Shown: piece after piece, positions 1 through 8,273 of the stretch
Layout of the letters: each line of letters starts with the position of its first letter
How positions within the stretch are numbered: position 1 is the stretch's first letter
IMG/VR virus record: IMGVR_UViG_3300015371_000003
Location: 52,230 to 116,229 of that record
DNA length: 64,000 nucleotides
Source: a virus
Strand: one strand, 5' to 3'
The notes under the pieces: generated by a model
What the model saw: only the letters and a program-made list of their open reading frames with translations
The model's database searches: none
Told to the model about the DNA's origin: nothing
Position numbers and translations under genes: made by a program

Positions 1-1
1 A

Positions 2-478
2 CTGTACAAGGATAGCTACGGGCCGGGAAGCCCGGATTCTCCCGGTAAGGAGGCCGCAGTCGGGGAGGAACCGACGCTGTTGGTGGTGGCGGAGATGAGC
101 CTGTTCTTCCTGATGGCCTGTCTCTGGTTCCGACAGACGGTGCCGGGGAATCCTAAGAAGAAGATCGAACCTAAGCTCACCCAGACACCCGGTCACATTG
201 AACGGCATGCGCGGAAGCGGTATGAGAAGGCGTTCAAGACCACGCCCACCGTGCATGTGATTGCGCTCCGGAAGTCGGCGGTGGAGCGGGTGGAGTCGGG
301 AGAGGGGACTGGTAGCAAGCTGAAGGTCCGGTTTGTGGTGCGAGGCCACGCGAAGCTGCAACCGTGTGGTCCGGGGAGAGCCGATAGAAAGTTGATTTGG
401 ATTGATCCGTTCGTCAAGGGGCCGGAGGATGCGCCGTTCAAGGAGTCGGGACCACGGGTATTCGCGGTGATCAGATGA
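2..478 (+). CDS. Conserved phage hypothetical protein, 5'-truncated by the window
   Basis: Frame is open from base 2; C-terminal VRGH..Q.CG.G...RK.IWI.P..KG motif seen in phage proteins. Confidence 0.7.
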   Translation: MYKDSYGPGSPDSPGKEAAVGEEPTLLVVAEMSLFFLMACLWFRQTVPGNPKKKIEPKLTQTPGHIERHARKRYEKAFKTTPTVHVIALRKSAVERVESGEGTGSKLKVRFVVRGHAKLQPCGPGRADRKLIWIDPFVKGPEDAPFKESGPRVFAVIR

Positions 479-771
479 TGCTTGTGCTCGAAGTGGCAGC
501 AGGCGTATTTCTGGCGTTACTGGCGTGGCGCATACGCCTCTTGTTACTGGTCTTCGTTATGACGGCAGCAGGGTTGACTTGCTTGGGAGCAACTTTTTGG
601 GCAGTGTTCTTGGCTGAGGGTCAGTGGACCGGATACGCTAAATTGGGGTGGTGGGTGATTTTTTGTGTAGGGATGTGGTTGATCGGTCCATTCGCGTCGT
701 GCATAGGGGCATGGTGTTATGGGGGATCCCCCCTCAGTGAGTTATATAACGAGAGTAAGTGGGGAGATTGA
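475..771 (+). CDS. Small membrane protein
   Basis: ATGA overlap with upstream gene; about 3 hydrophobic segments. Confidence 0.6.
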   Translation: MMLVLEVAAGVFLALLAWRIRLLLLVFVMTAAGLTCLGATFWAVFLAEGQWTGYAKLGWWVIFCVGMWLIGPFASCIGAWCYGGSPLSELYNESKWGD

Positions 772-772
772 T

Positions 773-1036
773 ATGATTGCTCAGGAGTATCTGAAAACGT
801 TCCCGCTGGCGTGTACGTTCTATCCCCATCTGAACGACGCGGCTCCCTGCGGGCAACCAGCCGTGGCGATCTACGTCACGGATGATGAGCGGCGGCGAGC
901 CTGTTTCGTCTGCCGGTCGTGCGCGGAGAAGGCGGAGCAGGATGGAGACGGCCCGGTGTTCTGGATGAAGGAGCGGCCAGCGGAGGCGGAAGCCGGGGAC
1001 GGGATGGACATGCGGTTGTTCTTGGGAGAGGGGTAG
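773..1036 (+). CDS. Small Cys-rich (putative Zn-binding) protein
   Basis: GGAG RBS before ATG 773; C..C...CxxC pattern. Confidence 0.6.
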   Translation: MIAQEYLKTFPLACTFYPHLNDAAPCGQPAVAIYVTDDERRRACFVCRSCAEKAEQDGDGPVFWMKERPAEAEAGDGMDMRLFLGEG

Positions 1037-1038
1037 GT

Positions 1039-1233
1039 ATGACACACTACGTGGATTACGATGTGCAAGTGCCACGTAAAACGATTGTGCAAGCCCTCTG
1101 CGGGGAATACGTCAGACGGGATGAAGGTGTGGGTGCTCCAACCTGTCCGAAGTGCCAACGGTTGCTGAAGATCCGCGAAGACGAGGATGCGGAAACAGCC
1201 CGGAAGTTGGGAGTGATCGATGACCACTCGTGA
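1039..1233 (+). CDS. Small Zn-ribbon-like protein
   Basis: H..ALCG...TCPKC pattern; ATG 1039 follows the previous stop. Confidence 0.55.
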   Translation: MTHYVDYDVQVPRKTIVQALCGEYVRRDEGVGAPTCPKCQRLLKIREDEDAETARKLGVIDDHS

Positions 1234-1316
1234 AATTGTCATCATGGTGATCGGCTTTTTCATCGGGTATTTTATCGGGTGGCGGTTTCTGCGGATCATT
1301 CGGTAGGAGGCGGCGA

Positions 1317-1490
1317 ATGGGGTGGCGCATTCGGAGCATGACCAAACGCGATTTCCACGGACGCTCCAAGTACTGGTCCTTCAGCGTAGGCTGGACGTGG
1401 TTGGAACATGCGGACGTGTTCACGAACTATGATCGGGAGCACATGCTGTTGCCGCCCGATGGCGTGTGGGAGGAAGTGCAGGACTACTAG
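1317..1490 (+). CDS. Hypothetical 57-aa protein (not in ORF track)
   Basis: AGGAGG RBS; MGWRIRSMTKRDF...WEEVQDY*. Confidence 0.5.
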   Translation: MGWRIRSMTKRDFHGRSKYWSFSVGWTWLEHADVFTNYDREHMLLPPDGVWEEVQDY

Positions 1491-1499
1491 TTTATCAAG

Positions 1500-1530
1500 A
1501 GGCCACTGATGATAGTGGCCTATCTTTTTT
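1500..1530 (+). terminator. Rho-independent terminator
   Basis: AGGCCACT-gatgat-AGTGGCCT stem followed by atcTTTTTT. Confidence 0.75.
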
Positions 1531-1555
1531 CTCAGACCCACCCCCCAACTCTCCG

Positions 1556-1585
1556 TTGCAATTGAGTGCAGCAGTCCCGTATACT
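1556..1585 (+). promoter_or_regulatory. Putative portal-operon promoter overlapped by a TGCA-N6-TGCA box
   Basis: TTGCAA-18 nt-TATACT; box at 1557-1570. Confidence 0.45.
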
Positions 1586-1630
1586 GGTGTCCGTCTGAAC
1601 TACAACCGATTGATTTGACAAGAGGGCCGT

Positions 1631-3625
1631 ATGCTCAAGTTGACGGACGGCACGCCCCCCAAAGACACTCCTGAATCCAAGATTACCTTCATCCAGAAGG
1701 TGATCAAGGGTGAAACGTGGATGGTGATGGCGCACTCCGCCGTCGAATTAGAGGATGAGTTTTCCAGCCTCTATTACACGGCAGGGCAGCAGAACAACCT
1801 GTTCCTGATGCCCCCGTTCGAACCCAACGTCCTCCTGAACCTCGTCCAGACCAACAACATCCTCAACCAGTGCATCGAAGCGATGGAAGTGAACATCGAT
1901 GGCACCGGGCATGAGTTTATTCCGGCGAAGGATAAAGCCTCCGACAAGTCCGCAGGAAAGCCGGGAGCCGAGGACAACGCTCCGGCACAGTCAGGCATTC
2001 CTCCGCCGACATCTTTTGGCAGCATCCGCAAACAGGATGCGACGGCGGATGACATCGATGAGGAGGAGAAGAAAGTAGCGGAGGGATTCTTCAAAGAACC
2101 CTATCCGAACACCTCGTTTGTGTCGATACGCCGGAGAATGCGGCGGCAGATGGAATCGGTGGGCTATGCGTTCCTCGAAGTACTCCGCAATGTGGCCGGG
2201 GACGTAGTAGCTATCCGGAACATTGAAACGCAGCATGTTCGCATGGTGAAGCTGGATGCCCCCATTCAGGTGAAGAAGAAGATTGAGCGGGACGGGAAAG
2301 TCGTGGAACTGGTGCTCTGGGAGCGGGAGCGACGATTTGCACAGACGGTGGCCCTGAAGCAGCAGGTGTACTACCGGGAGTATGGGTCCACCCGTGAAAT
2401 CAACCGGGAAACGGGGGATTGGGAGACGGACACCGAGAAGGTACCGCCGGAGAAGCGGGGATCAGAACTGCTGATGTTTGGGATCAATCCGGACGTGACC
2501 ACCCCGTACTTCCTCCCCCGGTGGATCAACGAGTTACCCTCCGTCATCGGTTCCCGAGCGGCGGAGGAACAGAACCTGCAATTTCTGGATGCGGGTGGTC
2601 TGCCTCCGGCCATCGTATTTATCCAAGGCGGCACACTCATCAAGGACACCTCCGACCAACTCCGCATGTATTTGTCTGGCCTGAACAAGAACAAGAACCG
2701 GGCGGTGGTCGTGGAGGTGCAATCCTCCAGTGGATCACTGGATGCGGCGGGCAAGGTGGATGTGAAAGTCGAGCGATTCGGTTCTGCCCAATCCCAAGAC
2801 GCGATGTTCACCAACTACGATGAATCCACCGAGGAGCACGTGCGGATCGGCTTCCGGTTGCCCAAGATTTTTCTGGGGCGGGAGGAATCCTACAACTTTG
2901 CGACGGCACAAGTGGCCTACATGATTGCGGAGGCCCAAGTCTTTGGTCCGGAGCGGGAGGAGTTTGACAAGATCATCAACAAGACGATCATCAAGGAACT
3001 GAAGCTCAAGACACTGGAATTCAAGTCCAAGCCCATTACCTTGAAGGATGTCACGTCGATTCTGACGGCTCTGGAATTGTCGGCACCGATGGCAACGCGG
3101 GAATCCTTCCTGAAGGAAGTGAATACGTCGGTGGGCACGTCGTTGGAACTGGCGGAAGTCCCGGCCCCGAATGTGGCCCCCGGTCAAACGCCGTTGCCGA
3201 ATACGCGGACCATCGATGAGATGCACCACGGTGAACTGCCCGCGTCTACCCAAACTCCGCAGATGACGGCTCCGCAACAGGAACCCAAGCCCGAGCCACC
3301 ACCGAAGGAGACACACGTCATCCTGAAACCGGGGGATGAGATGCACCCAGTGCCCGCCAAGGATGAGACGATTCGGGCTAAGCCGAAGGAGAAGAAGGCG
3401 GCGAGTGACATCCTGACGCTAGCGCAGGATTACGCCATCTATCAGGGGTTGATGCCCCAACTGGCGATCAAGCAGGAGTTGACCAAAGAGCGAGCGGATG
3501 CTATCAACGAGGAGCTAGACACGCTCCACCCGGATGATGTGCGTGTGTTCAACAGCCTGCTGGCGATGATGGTGTTTGGATCGGATGACGCGGATCTGTC
3601 CTCCGTGATTGCCGCCACCCGGTAA
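1631..3625 (+). CDS. Portal protein
   Basis: 664 aa; portal-type motifs (GYAFLEVLRN, YFLPRW, FLDAGGLP, FRLPKIFLG..YNFATA); first gene of the head module; Pro-rich insertion and C-terminal extension. Confidence 0.92.
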   Translation: MLKLTDGTPPKDTPESKITFIQKVIKGETWMVMAHSAVELEDEFSSLYYTAGQQNNLFLMPPFEPNVLLNLVQTNNILNQCIEAMEVNIDGTGHEFIPAKDKASDKSAGKPGAEDNAPAQSGIPPPTSFGSIRKQDATADDIDEEEKKVAEGFFKEPYPNTSFVSIRRRMRRQMESVGYAFLEVLRNVAGDVVAIRNIETQHVRMVKLDAPIQVKKKIERDGKVVELVLWERERRFAQTVALKQQVYYREYGSTREINRETGDWETDTEKVPPEKRGSELLMFGINPDVTTPYFLPRWINELPSVIGSRAAEEQNLQFLDAGGLPPAIVFIQGGTLIKDTSDQLRMYLSGLNKNKNRAVVVEVQSSSGSLDAAGKVDVKVERFGSAQSQDAMFTNYDESTEEHVRIGFRLPKIFLGREESYNFATAQVAYMIAEAQVFGPEREEFDKIINKTIIKELKLKTLEFKSKPITLKDVTSILTALELSAPMATRESFLKEVNTSVGTSLELAEVPAPNVAPGQTPLPNTRTIDEMHHGELPASTQTPQMTAPQQEPKPEPPPKETHVILKPGDEMHPVPAKDETIRAKPKEKKAASDILTLAQDYAIYQGLMPQLAIKQELTKERADAINEELDTLHPDDVRVFNSLLAMMVFGSDDADLSSVIAATR

Positions 3626-3626
3626 G

Positions 3627-5144
3627 ATGCCGACGCTCGATCTGCGGACGTATGTGCTGTTGGAGCGGGCCTTTGTCCGGAGGCTCCAACGGTCATGGCG
3701 GCAGCAGTCGGCTCCGCTGTACGCGAAGATTGCCCAAGCCTGCAACGACCACAAATGGGATGAAGCCCGCCGTCTTGTCACCGATCTGGACATGACGGAG
3801 GTCGGCACCGAGAACCGCGAGTGGATCACGTACATGCTCCGGTCGTGTGCCGTCTTCGGAGCCGGTACCGTCTCCAAGAAGAAACCGAGTTTCGTGGGCG
3901 TGGGCAGCTTCGATACCTTCCTGAAGCAGACCACGAACAATTTCCTGCAATACCTCGAATTGACCGCCACCGCTCAGATCCAAGCGGAAGCGTTGCAATC
4001 AATTGCCGAAGATGAGGCTAAGACCAAAGCCGCGATGTTGAAGGCGGCATGGGATGAATCCCAACACCCCCGTGACAAGGAAGGACAGTTCACGGAGGCC
4101 GGGGCCGGAACGGAGGCCAAGTCGGGGGATCCCGAAGGCAGTGGCCCCGCCCGTGTGGAATGGAACAAGCGCAACAAGGCGGTGATGGAAGCGACTGATG
4201 TCTATATTGACACCAGAGAAGCCCATCGAGCTTTAGTGGAGCGATTGAACGCTGAATATCAGGCGGAAACCCCGATGGGGTATCCAGAGGCCGGGTATGC
4301 GGCGTACAAGAAATCCCAAGCCACATTGGAGCAGGCCAACCAAGCGTTGGCACAGGCCGAAACTGCGCTGAAGCAACAAGAACCGCTGATGCGGAAGGAA
4401 ATCGTCCAGAATCTGGCGACAGACGTAGCCAGTGATTTGGGCGTTGATCCACGTTTGATTGACGTGGTGGACGAAGCTCCGCATCCGTTTACGGTTGGAG
4501 ATAAGCAATTTACCGAGGCGGGGCACTACGATCCGACTACCAAACGCATTCAGTTGAATTCCAACAATATCTCGTATGCGAATGCCCCCGGAGTCAAGGG
4601 GGTGGTAGCCCATGAAATTTCTCATGCGATCTATCACCAGTTGAAGATTGCGGCGGAGGAGGAATTTCAACGGTATCTCGTCAAAGCTACGACCGAGGAT
4701 GCCTATACCCCGTGGTTTCATGAGCGGTTTACCACCGATCCCCATAAAATTGGCCGTCAGGTGAAGCCCGAGTACGCCAAGGAAATGGCCGAGGAATTTC
4801 CGGCGTCTACCGTGCTGGCCCGGTTGAGTGGGGGAGATATTTTCTCCGGTATCACTGATGAGATGATTGCTGAAAATGGGCATAGTCGGTATGCCAAATC
4901 GTACTGGGCCGCTGAAGCCGAGAAACGGATAGGGCTGCGGAATTACCGTAACGCCATCAATGAAACGATAGCCGAGATTACGCGGTGGTTGGCCTACCCC
5001 CGGTCATGGGAGGAGGAGAAGCCACCGGATCTGGATTCTCCGTGGGTCAAGTTGACAGAATCCATGTTGGGATGGCATCAACGACAGCAAGCTGAACAGG
5101 CGAGGCAGTTTGCCGCGTCTTTGGCGTCGGGGTTCCGAGCATGA
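3627..5144 (+). CDS. Putative MuF N-terminal half + tag 1 + zincin-like metallopeptidase cargo
   Basis: Directly after portal; helical N-terminal ~140 aa; WDESQHPRDKEGQFT at 4050; HEISH at 4611 with downstream ETIAE. Confidence 0.8.
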   Translation: MPTLDLRTYVLLERAFVRRLQRSWRQQSAPLYAKIAQACNDHKWDEARRLVTDLDMTEVGTENREWITYMLRSCAVFGAGTVSKKKPSFVGVGSFDTFLKQTTNNFLQYLELTATAQIQAEALQSIAEDEAKTKAAMLKAAWDESQHPRDKEGQFTEAGAGTEAKSGDPEGSGPARVEWNKRNKAVMEATDVYIDTREAHRALVERLNAEYQAETPMGYPEAGYAAYKKSQATLEQANQALAQAETALKQQEPLMRKEIVQNLATDVASDLGVDPRLIDVVDEAPHPFTVGDKQFTEAGHYDPTTKRIQLNSNNISYANAPGVKGVVAHEISHAIYHQLKIAAEEEFQRYLVKATTEDAYTPWFHERFTTDPHKIGRQVKPEYAKEMAEEFPASTVLARLSGGDIFSGITDEMIAENGHSRYAKSYWAAEAEKRIGLRNYRNAINETIAEITRWLAYPRSWEEEKPPDLDSPWVKLTESMLGWHQRQQAEQARQFAASLASGFRA

Positions 5145-6826
5145 TCCTGCCTGAACCTATCACCCTCAACGGTCGGACGGGTACCGTCGCCTATCTGGAC
5201 GCGCAGTGGCATCCAGTCCCGGCGGATCAGGCGACGATGGCGCGAGTCCTGTTCGATGATGGGGGGACTGGTTTCTTTCAGGTGCAACCGATTGCCAAAT
5301 CCACTGAAGATGCGGTAAAATGGGATGAGTCCAAACACCCCCGCGATAAAGAGGGGCAATTTACCGAAGGAGTCGGAGATGGACGAAGTGGTAAGACAAC
5401 CCCGGAATCTGACAGAGGAGCAGGAGGCAGCGGAGGAGTTGGCGTATCGACGCCCCCCAAAGGGGTGGAAGCCGCAGGTCAAAAACGCCCCCCCGCCGTC
5501 CCCGAAGTCCAAGCCGTAGCGCGGGCGTATAACGCGCAGCACGGACTGCCCCCGGTCGAGCACGGCTATGCGACGGTGAATGAGGCCCGAGCAGGGGCCA
5601 TTGCCGATGCCTATGACGCGCTTCCGGTGGATGATACGGATAATCCAGCGGTGCGGGAGGCGTATGCGGCCCTGAGTCGAGAGATTCAGGAGCAGTGGGA
5701 TTTCATCACCTCTCACGGGGTGACGTTCGAACCGTGGACTGGAGAGGGACAGCCGTATCAGAATTCGCCGGAGATGGTGGCGGACATTCAGAAGAACCAC
5801 CACCTGTATTTCTTCACGGGTGGGGAGCCGCATCCGTTGTTGGGGGCGATTGATCCGGCGACGGGGCTGTCCATGAACGACAAACTGCGAGCAGTCCATG
5901 ACTACTTTGGGCATGCCGCAGGCGGCTATGGATTCGGAGCGAGAGGCGAGGAGAATGCGTGGCGGGCGCATTCCCAGATGTTCAGCGCCCAAGCGAGACG
6001 GGCGATGACGACGGAGACACGCGGGCAGAATTCGTGGGTGAATTTCGGGCGACAGAACTACACGCCTGAGGGCATCTACAAGAATATTCCCGCCGCCGAG
6101 CGTCCGTATGCGGTGCAGAAGGTGGCGATTCTCCCCGATGTGTACGTGGTCTTGGAGCATGGTGGAGTCCTGAAATGGGAGGAGTCACAGCATCCACGGG
6201 TGCCGGGAGGGGAGCATGGCGGAGAGTTTACGCGAGTCGCCATTACGAGTCAGCGACCGGCGGATGACCCCGGCCATCAGACCAATCGGGAAGTGTTTGA
6301 GCACATGCGCGTGTTTGCAGGCCGATTGGCAGCCATCCCCGGCGTGACCAACGTGTCGGTGAAGCCCGGAGTCGGGGGGTGGGACGGCGGAGCCGAATCG
6401 ATGTGGCAAGTGTTCTATCGGGGGAATGGTGAAGCTACGCGGTTGGTGGCGATGACGGCCAAGCACTTCAATCAGGATGCGGTGTTGATCCTTAAGAAGT
6501 GTCAGGGTGGAGCGGATTGTCAGCCCGCTACGGAATTGCATTTCTCCAAGGGGATTGGCGGGAAGGTTCGTGTGGGCGTCGAGAAAGTACTGGTTGAGCA
6601 TAAGATTAAGGGCTGGACGTGGATGAAGCGCGACGGACGGACCATTCTTCGAATGGTGGCGATTCCCGAAGAAGGGGATGATCCGGTCACGCATCAGCAG
6701 ACGACAGCGGTGATTAGTCAGCAGTTGCGGGATAAGGGCTTGATGAACAAACGGCACGTGCAAAAGGTGGCCGTGAGTATGATGCGGCGTGAAGGACCAA
6801 ACAGTTATGACCGAATCCTTGGATAA
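5141..6826 (+). CDS. Multi-module cargo protein: small N-terminal domain + tag 2 + HDxxGH domain + tag 3 + unknown domain
   Basis: ATGA overlap; tags at 5321 and 6176; RAVHDYFGH..GFGARGEENAW..MTTETRGQNSWVNFG at ~5890-6050. Confidence 0.8.
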   Translation: MILPEPITLNGRTGTVAYLDAQWHPVPADQATMARVLFDDGGTGFFQVQPIAKSTEDAVKWDESKHPRDKEGQFTEGVGDGRSGKTTPESDRGAGGSGGVGVSTPPKGVEAAGQKRPPAVPEVQAVARAYNAQHGLPPVEHGYATVNEARAGAIADAYDALPVDDTDNPAVREAYAALSREIQEQWDFITSHGVTFEPWTGEGQPYQNSPEMVADIQKNHHLYFFTGGEPHPLLGAIDPATGLSMNDKLRAVHDYFGHAAGGYGFGARGEENAWRAHSQMFSAQARRAMTTETRGQNSWVNFGRQNYTPEGIYKNIPAAERPYAVQKVAILPDVYVVLEHGGVLKWEESQHPRVPGGEHGGEFTRVAITSQRPADDPGHQTNREVFEHMRVFAGRLAAIPGVTNVSVKPGVGGWDGGAESMWQVFYRGNGEATRLVAMTAKHFNQDAVLILKKCQGGADCQPATELHFSKGIGGKVRVGVEKVLVEHKIKGWTWMKRDGRTILRMVAIPEEGDDPVTHQQTTAVISQQLRDKGLMNKRHVQKVAVSMMRREGPNSYDRILG

Positions 6827-8003
6827 GGCGTTACAGGAATTGGAACAGCTTGTGGCAGAAGAAGCCGCGTCATCGGACACGGGTGAAGATTTGCCAGAGT
6901 ATGATCCGCTGCCTGAAGACGATGACGATGTGTCAGTCACGTTTCTGGCTGGTCCTGCGGTGAAATGGGATCCATCCAAGCACCCGCGTGACAAAGAGGG
7001 GCAGTTCACGGACACCGTAGGCACCATCCGAGGAGTGGTTCGCACCACCGCTGAACAGGCCCGCCGGGATCTGGTCGCACTCGGGAAGAAGGTGGAGCAG
7101 TTAGACCACCGTCATGCGAAAGCCGCCGAGGAATCGCGGGTAGCGTGGGCGGCGTTCATGAAAGACGCACGGGAGCGGAAACGTCCCCTGAAGATTGACG
7201 GGGCGGCGGCGAAGAAATTGCCGTCCTACAAAGCCGCGCAAGCCGCCGATGCCAAGGTCATCGCCATTTCCGAGGAGACATCCCGAGTCGCCAGAGAAGT
7301 CAACAAAGAAGCGTTACGACAACTCGTGGTGCCGGAACGGGAGCGGTCCCTTGTGGAGTTTCTGGTTCCCGAGGGGCAATTGAATCCGGATCCACGGATT
7401 GAAGCTGGAATTGGCGACCACGCGAAGCGAGCGTTGGATGTCTTCCGCAAGTACGATGGGTCCGGGGAGTTGATGGGCGTCCCCATTCCACCGGGGAAAG
7501 AAGAACAGTTCAAAGAGATTTTTGGGGACGTGGAGTTTGAACATCTGCCGGATGGAAGTACGTGGGTGACGAAGAAGCTCCGGTTGACGCGGGCACCGGC
7601 TGGTGCGCGGGCCAATGCGTCGGCGTTTGGGGTACAAATTGGTGGGACTCGTGAGTTGGAGCGGACCATCTATCACGAGGTGGCGCACCATGTGGAGTTT
7701 GCCAACTCGGACATTTATCAGGCCGCTGTGGATCTGCGGGCTTCGCTTGCCAGCGAGTCTACGCCCAAGTCCTTGAATGACTTGAAGGGCGTGGGTGGGT
7801 ATGGACCCGAAGAAATTGCGCTGCCGGGAAAATTTCTCGATTCGTATGTGGGCAAGGTCTATCCGGAGGATGCACGGGCCACAGAAATGTTGTCCACCGG
7901 GATGGAGTACTATCTGACGGACCCGATTCGATTTGCCCGAGAAGCCCCCGAGCATTTCAAGTTTGTGTGGAACGTGATGCACGGGAAGTATCGGAGGAAG
8001 TAA
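6807..8003 (+). CDS. Acidic leader + tag 4 + zincin-like metallopeptidase
   Basis: GAAGGA RBS before ATG 6807; tag at 6966; HEVAHHVE at 7674; YVGKVY..ATEMLSTG.E. Confidence 0.8.
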   Translation: MTESLDKALQELEQLVAEEAASSDTGEDLPEYDPLPEDDDDVSVTFLAGPAVKWDPSKHPRDKEGQFTDTVGTIRGVVRTTAEQARRDLVALGKKVEQLDHRHAKAAEESRVAWAAFMKDARERKRPLKIDGAAAKKLPSYKAAQAADAKVIAISEETSRVAREVNKEALRQLVVPERERSLVEFLVPEGQLNPDPRIEAGIGDHAKRALDVFRKYDGSGELMGVPIPPGKEEQFKEIFGDVEFEHLPDGSTWVTKKLRLTRAPAGARANASAFGVQIGGTRELERTIYHEVAHHVEFANSDIYQAAVDLRASLASESTPKSLNDLKGVGGYGPEEIALPGKFLDSYVGKVYPEDARATEMLSTGMEYYLTDPIRFAREAPEHFKFVWNVMHGKYRRK

Positions 8004-8230
8004 TGGTGGAAGTCGAAGTGTACGGCGAACGAGCACGGTGCCAAAACGGGGTGTGGACGGCGGAGAGTCAGGCGCTGACGGATCTGCTGAACGCTCCGTG
8101 GAATCAGCCGGATGCCTTCCGGTATCGGCTGGATCCGGATATCGATGCGGCGGAGCACGTCGTGAAGACGATGGGCGCACAGGTGATTTCCACCGAACCC
8201 CCGCCCACTGAACCCGGCGTGGTGTACTGA
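8003..8230 (+). CDS. Small acidic protein, putative immunity/partner of the upstream metallopeptidase
   Basis: TAATG coupling; GGAGG RBS; 75 aa. Confidence 0.6.
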   Translation: MVEVEVYGERARCQNGVWTAESQALTDLLNAPWNQPDAFRYRLDPDIDAAEHVVKTMGAQVISTEPPPTEPGVVY

Positions 8231-8273
8231 CGAAACCTTAGGAGTTGCACTTGAGTGCAACGGAGCAACGCCG

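Noticed and set aside
1615-1645. TTGACA just before the portal start as a -35 element
   Set aside because: No plausible -10 at 16-18 bp; it would fall inside the coding sequence.
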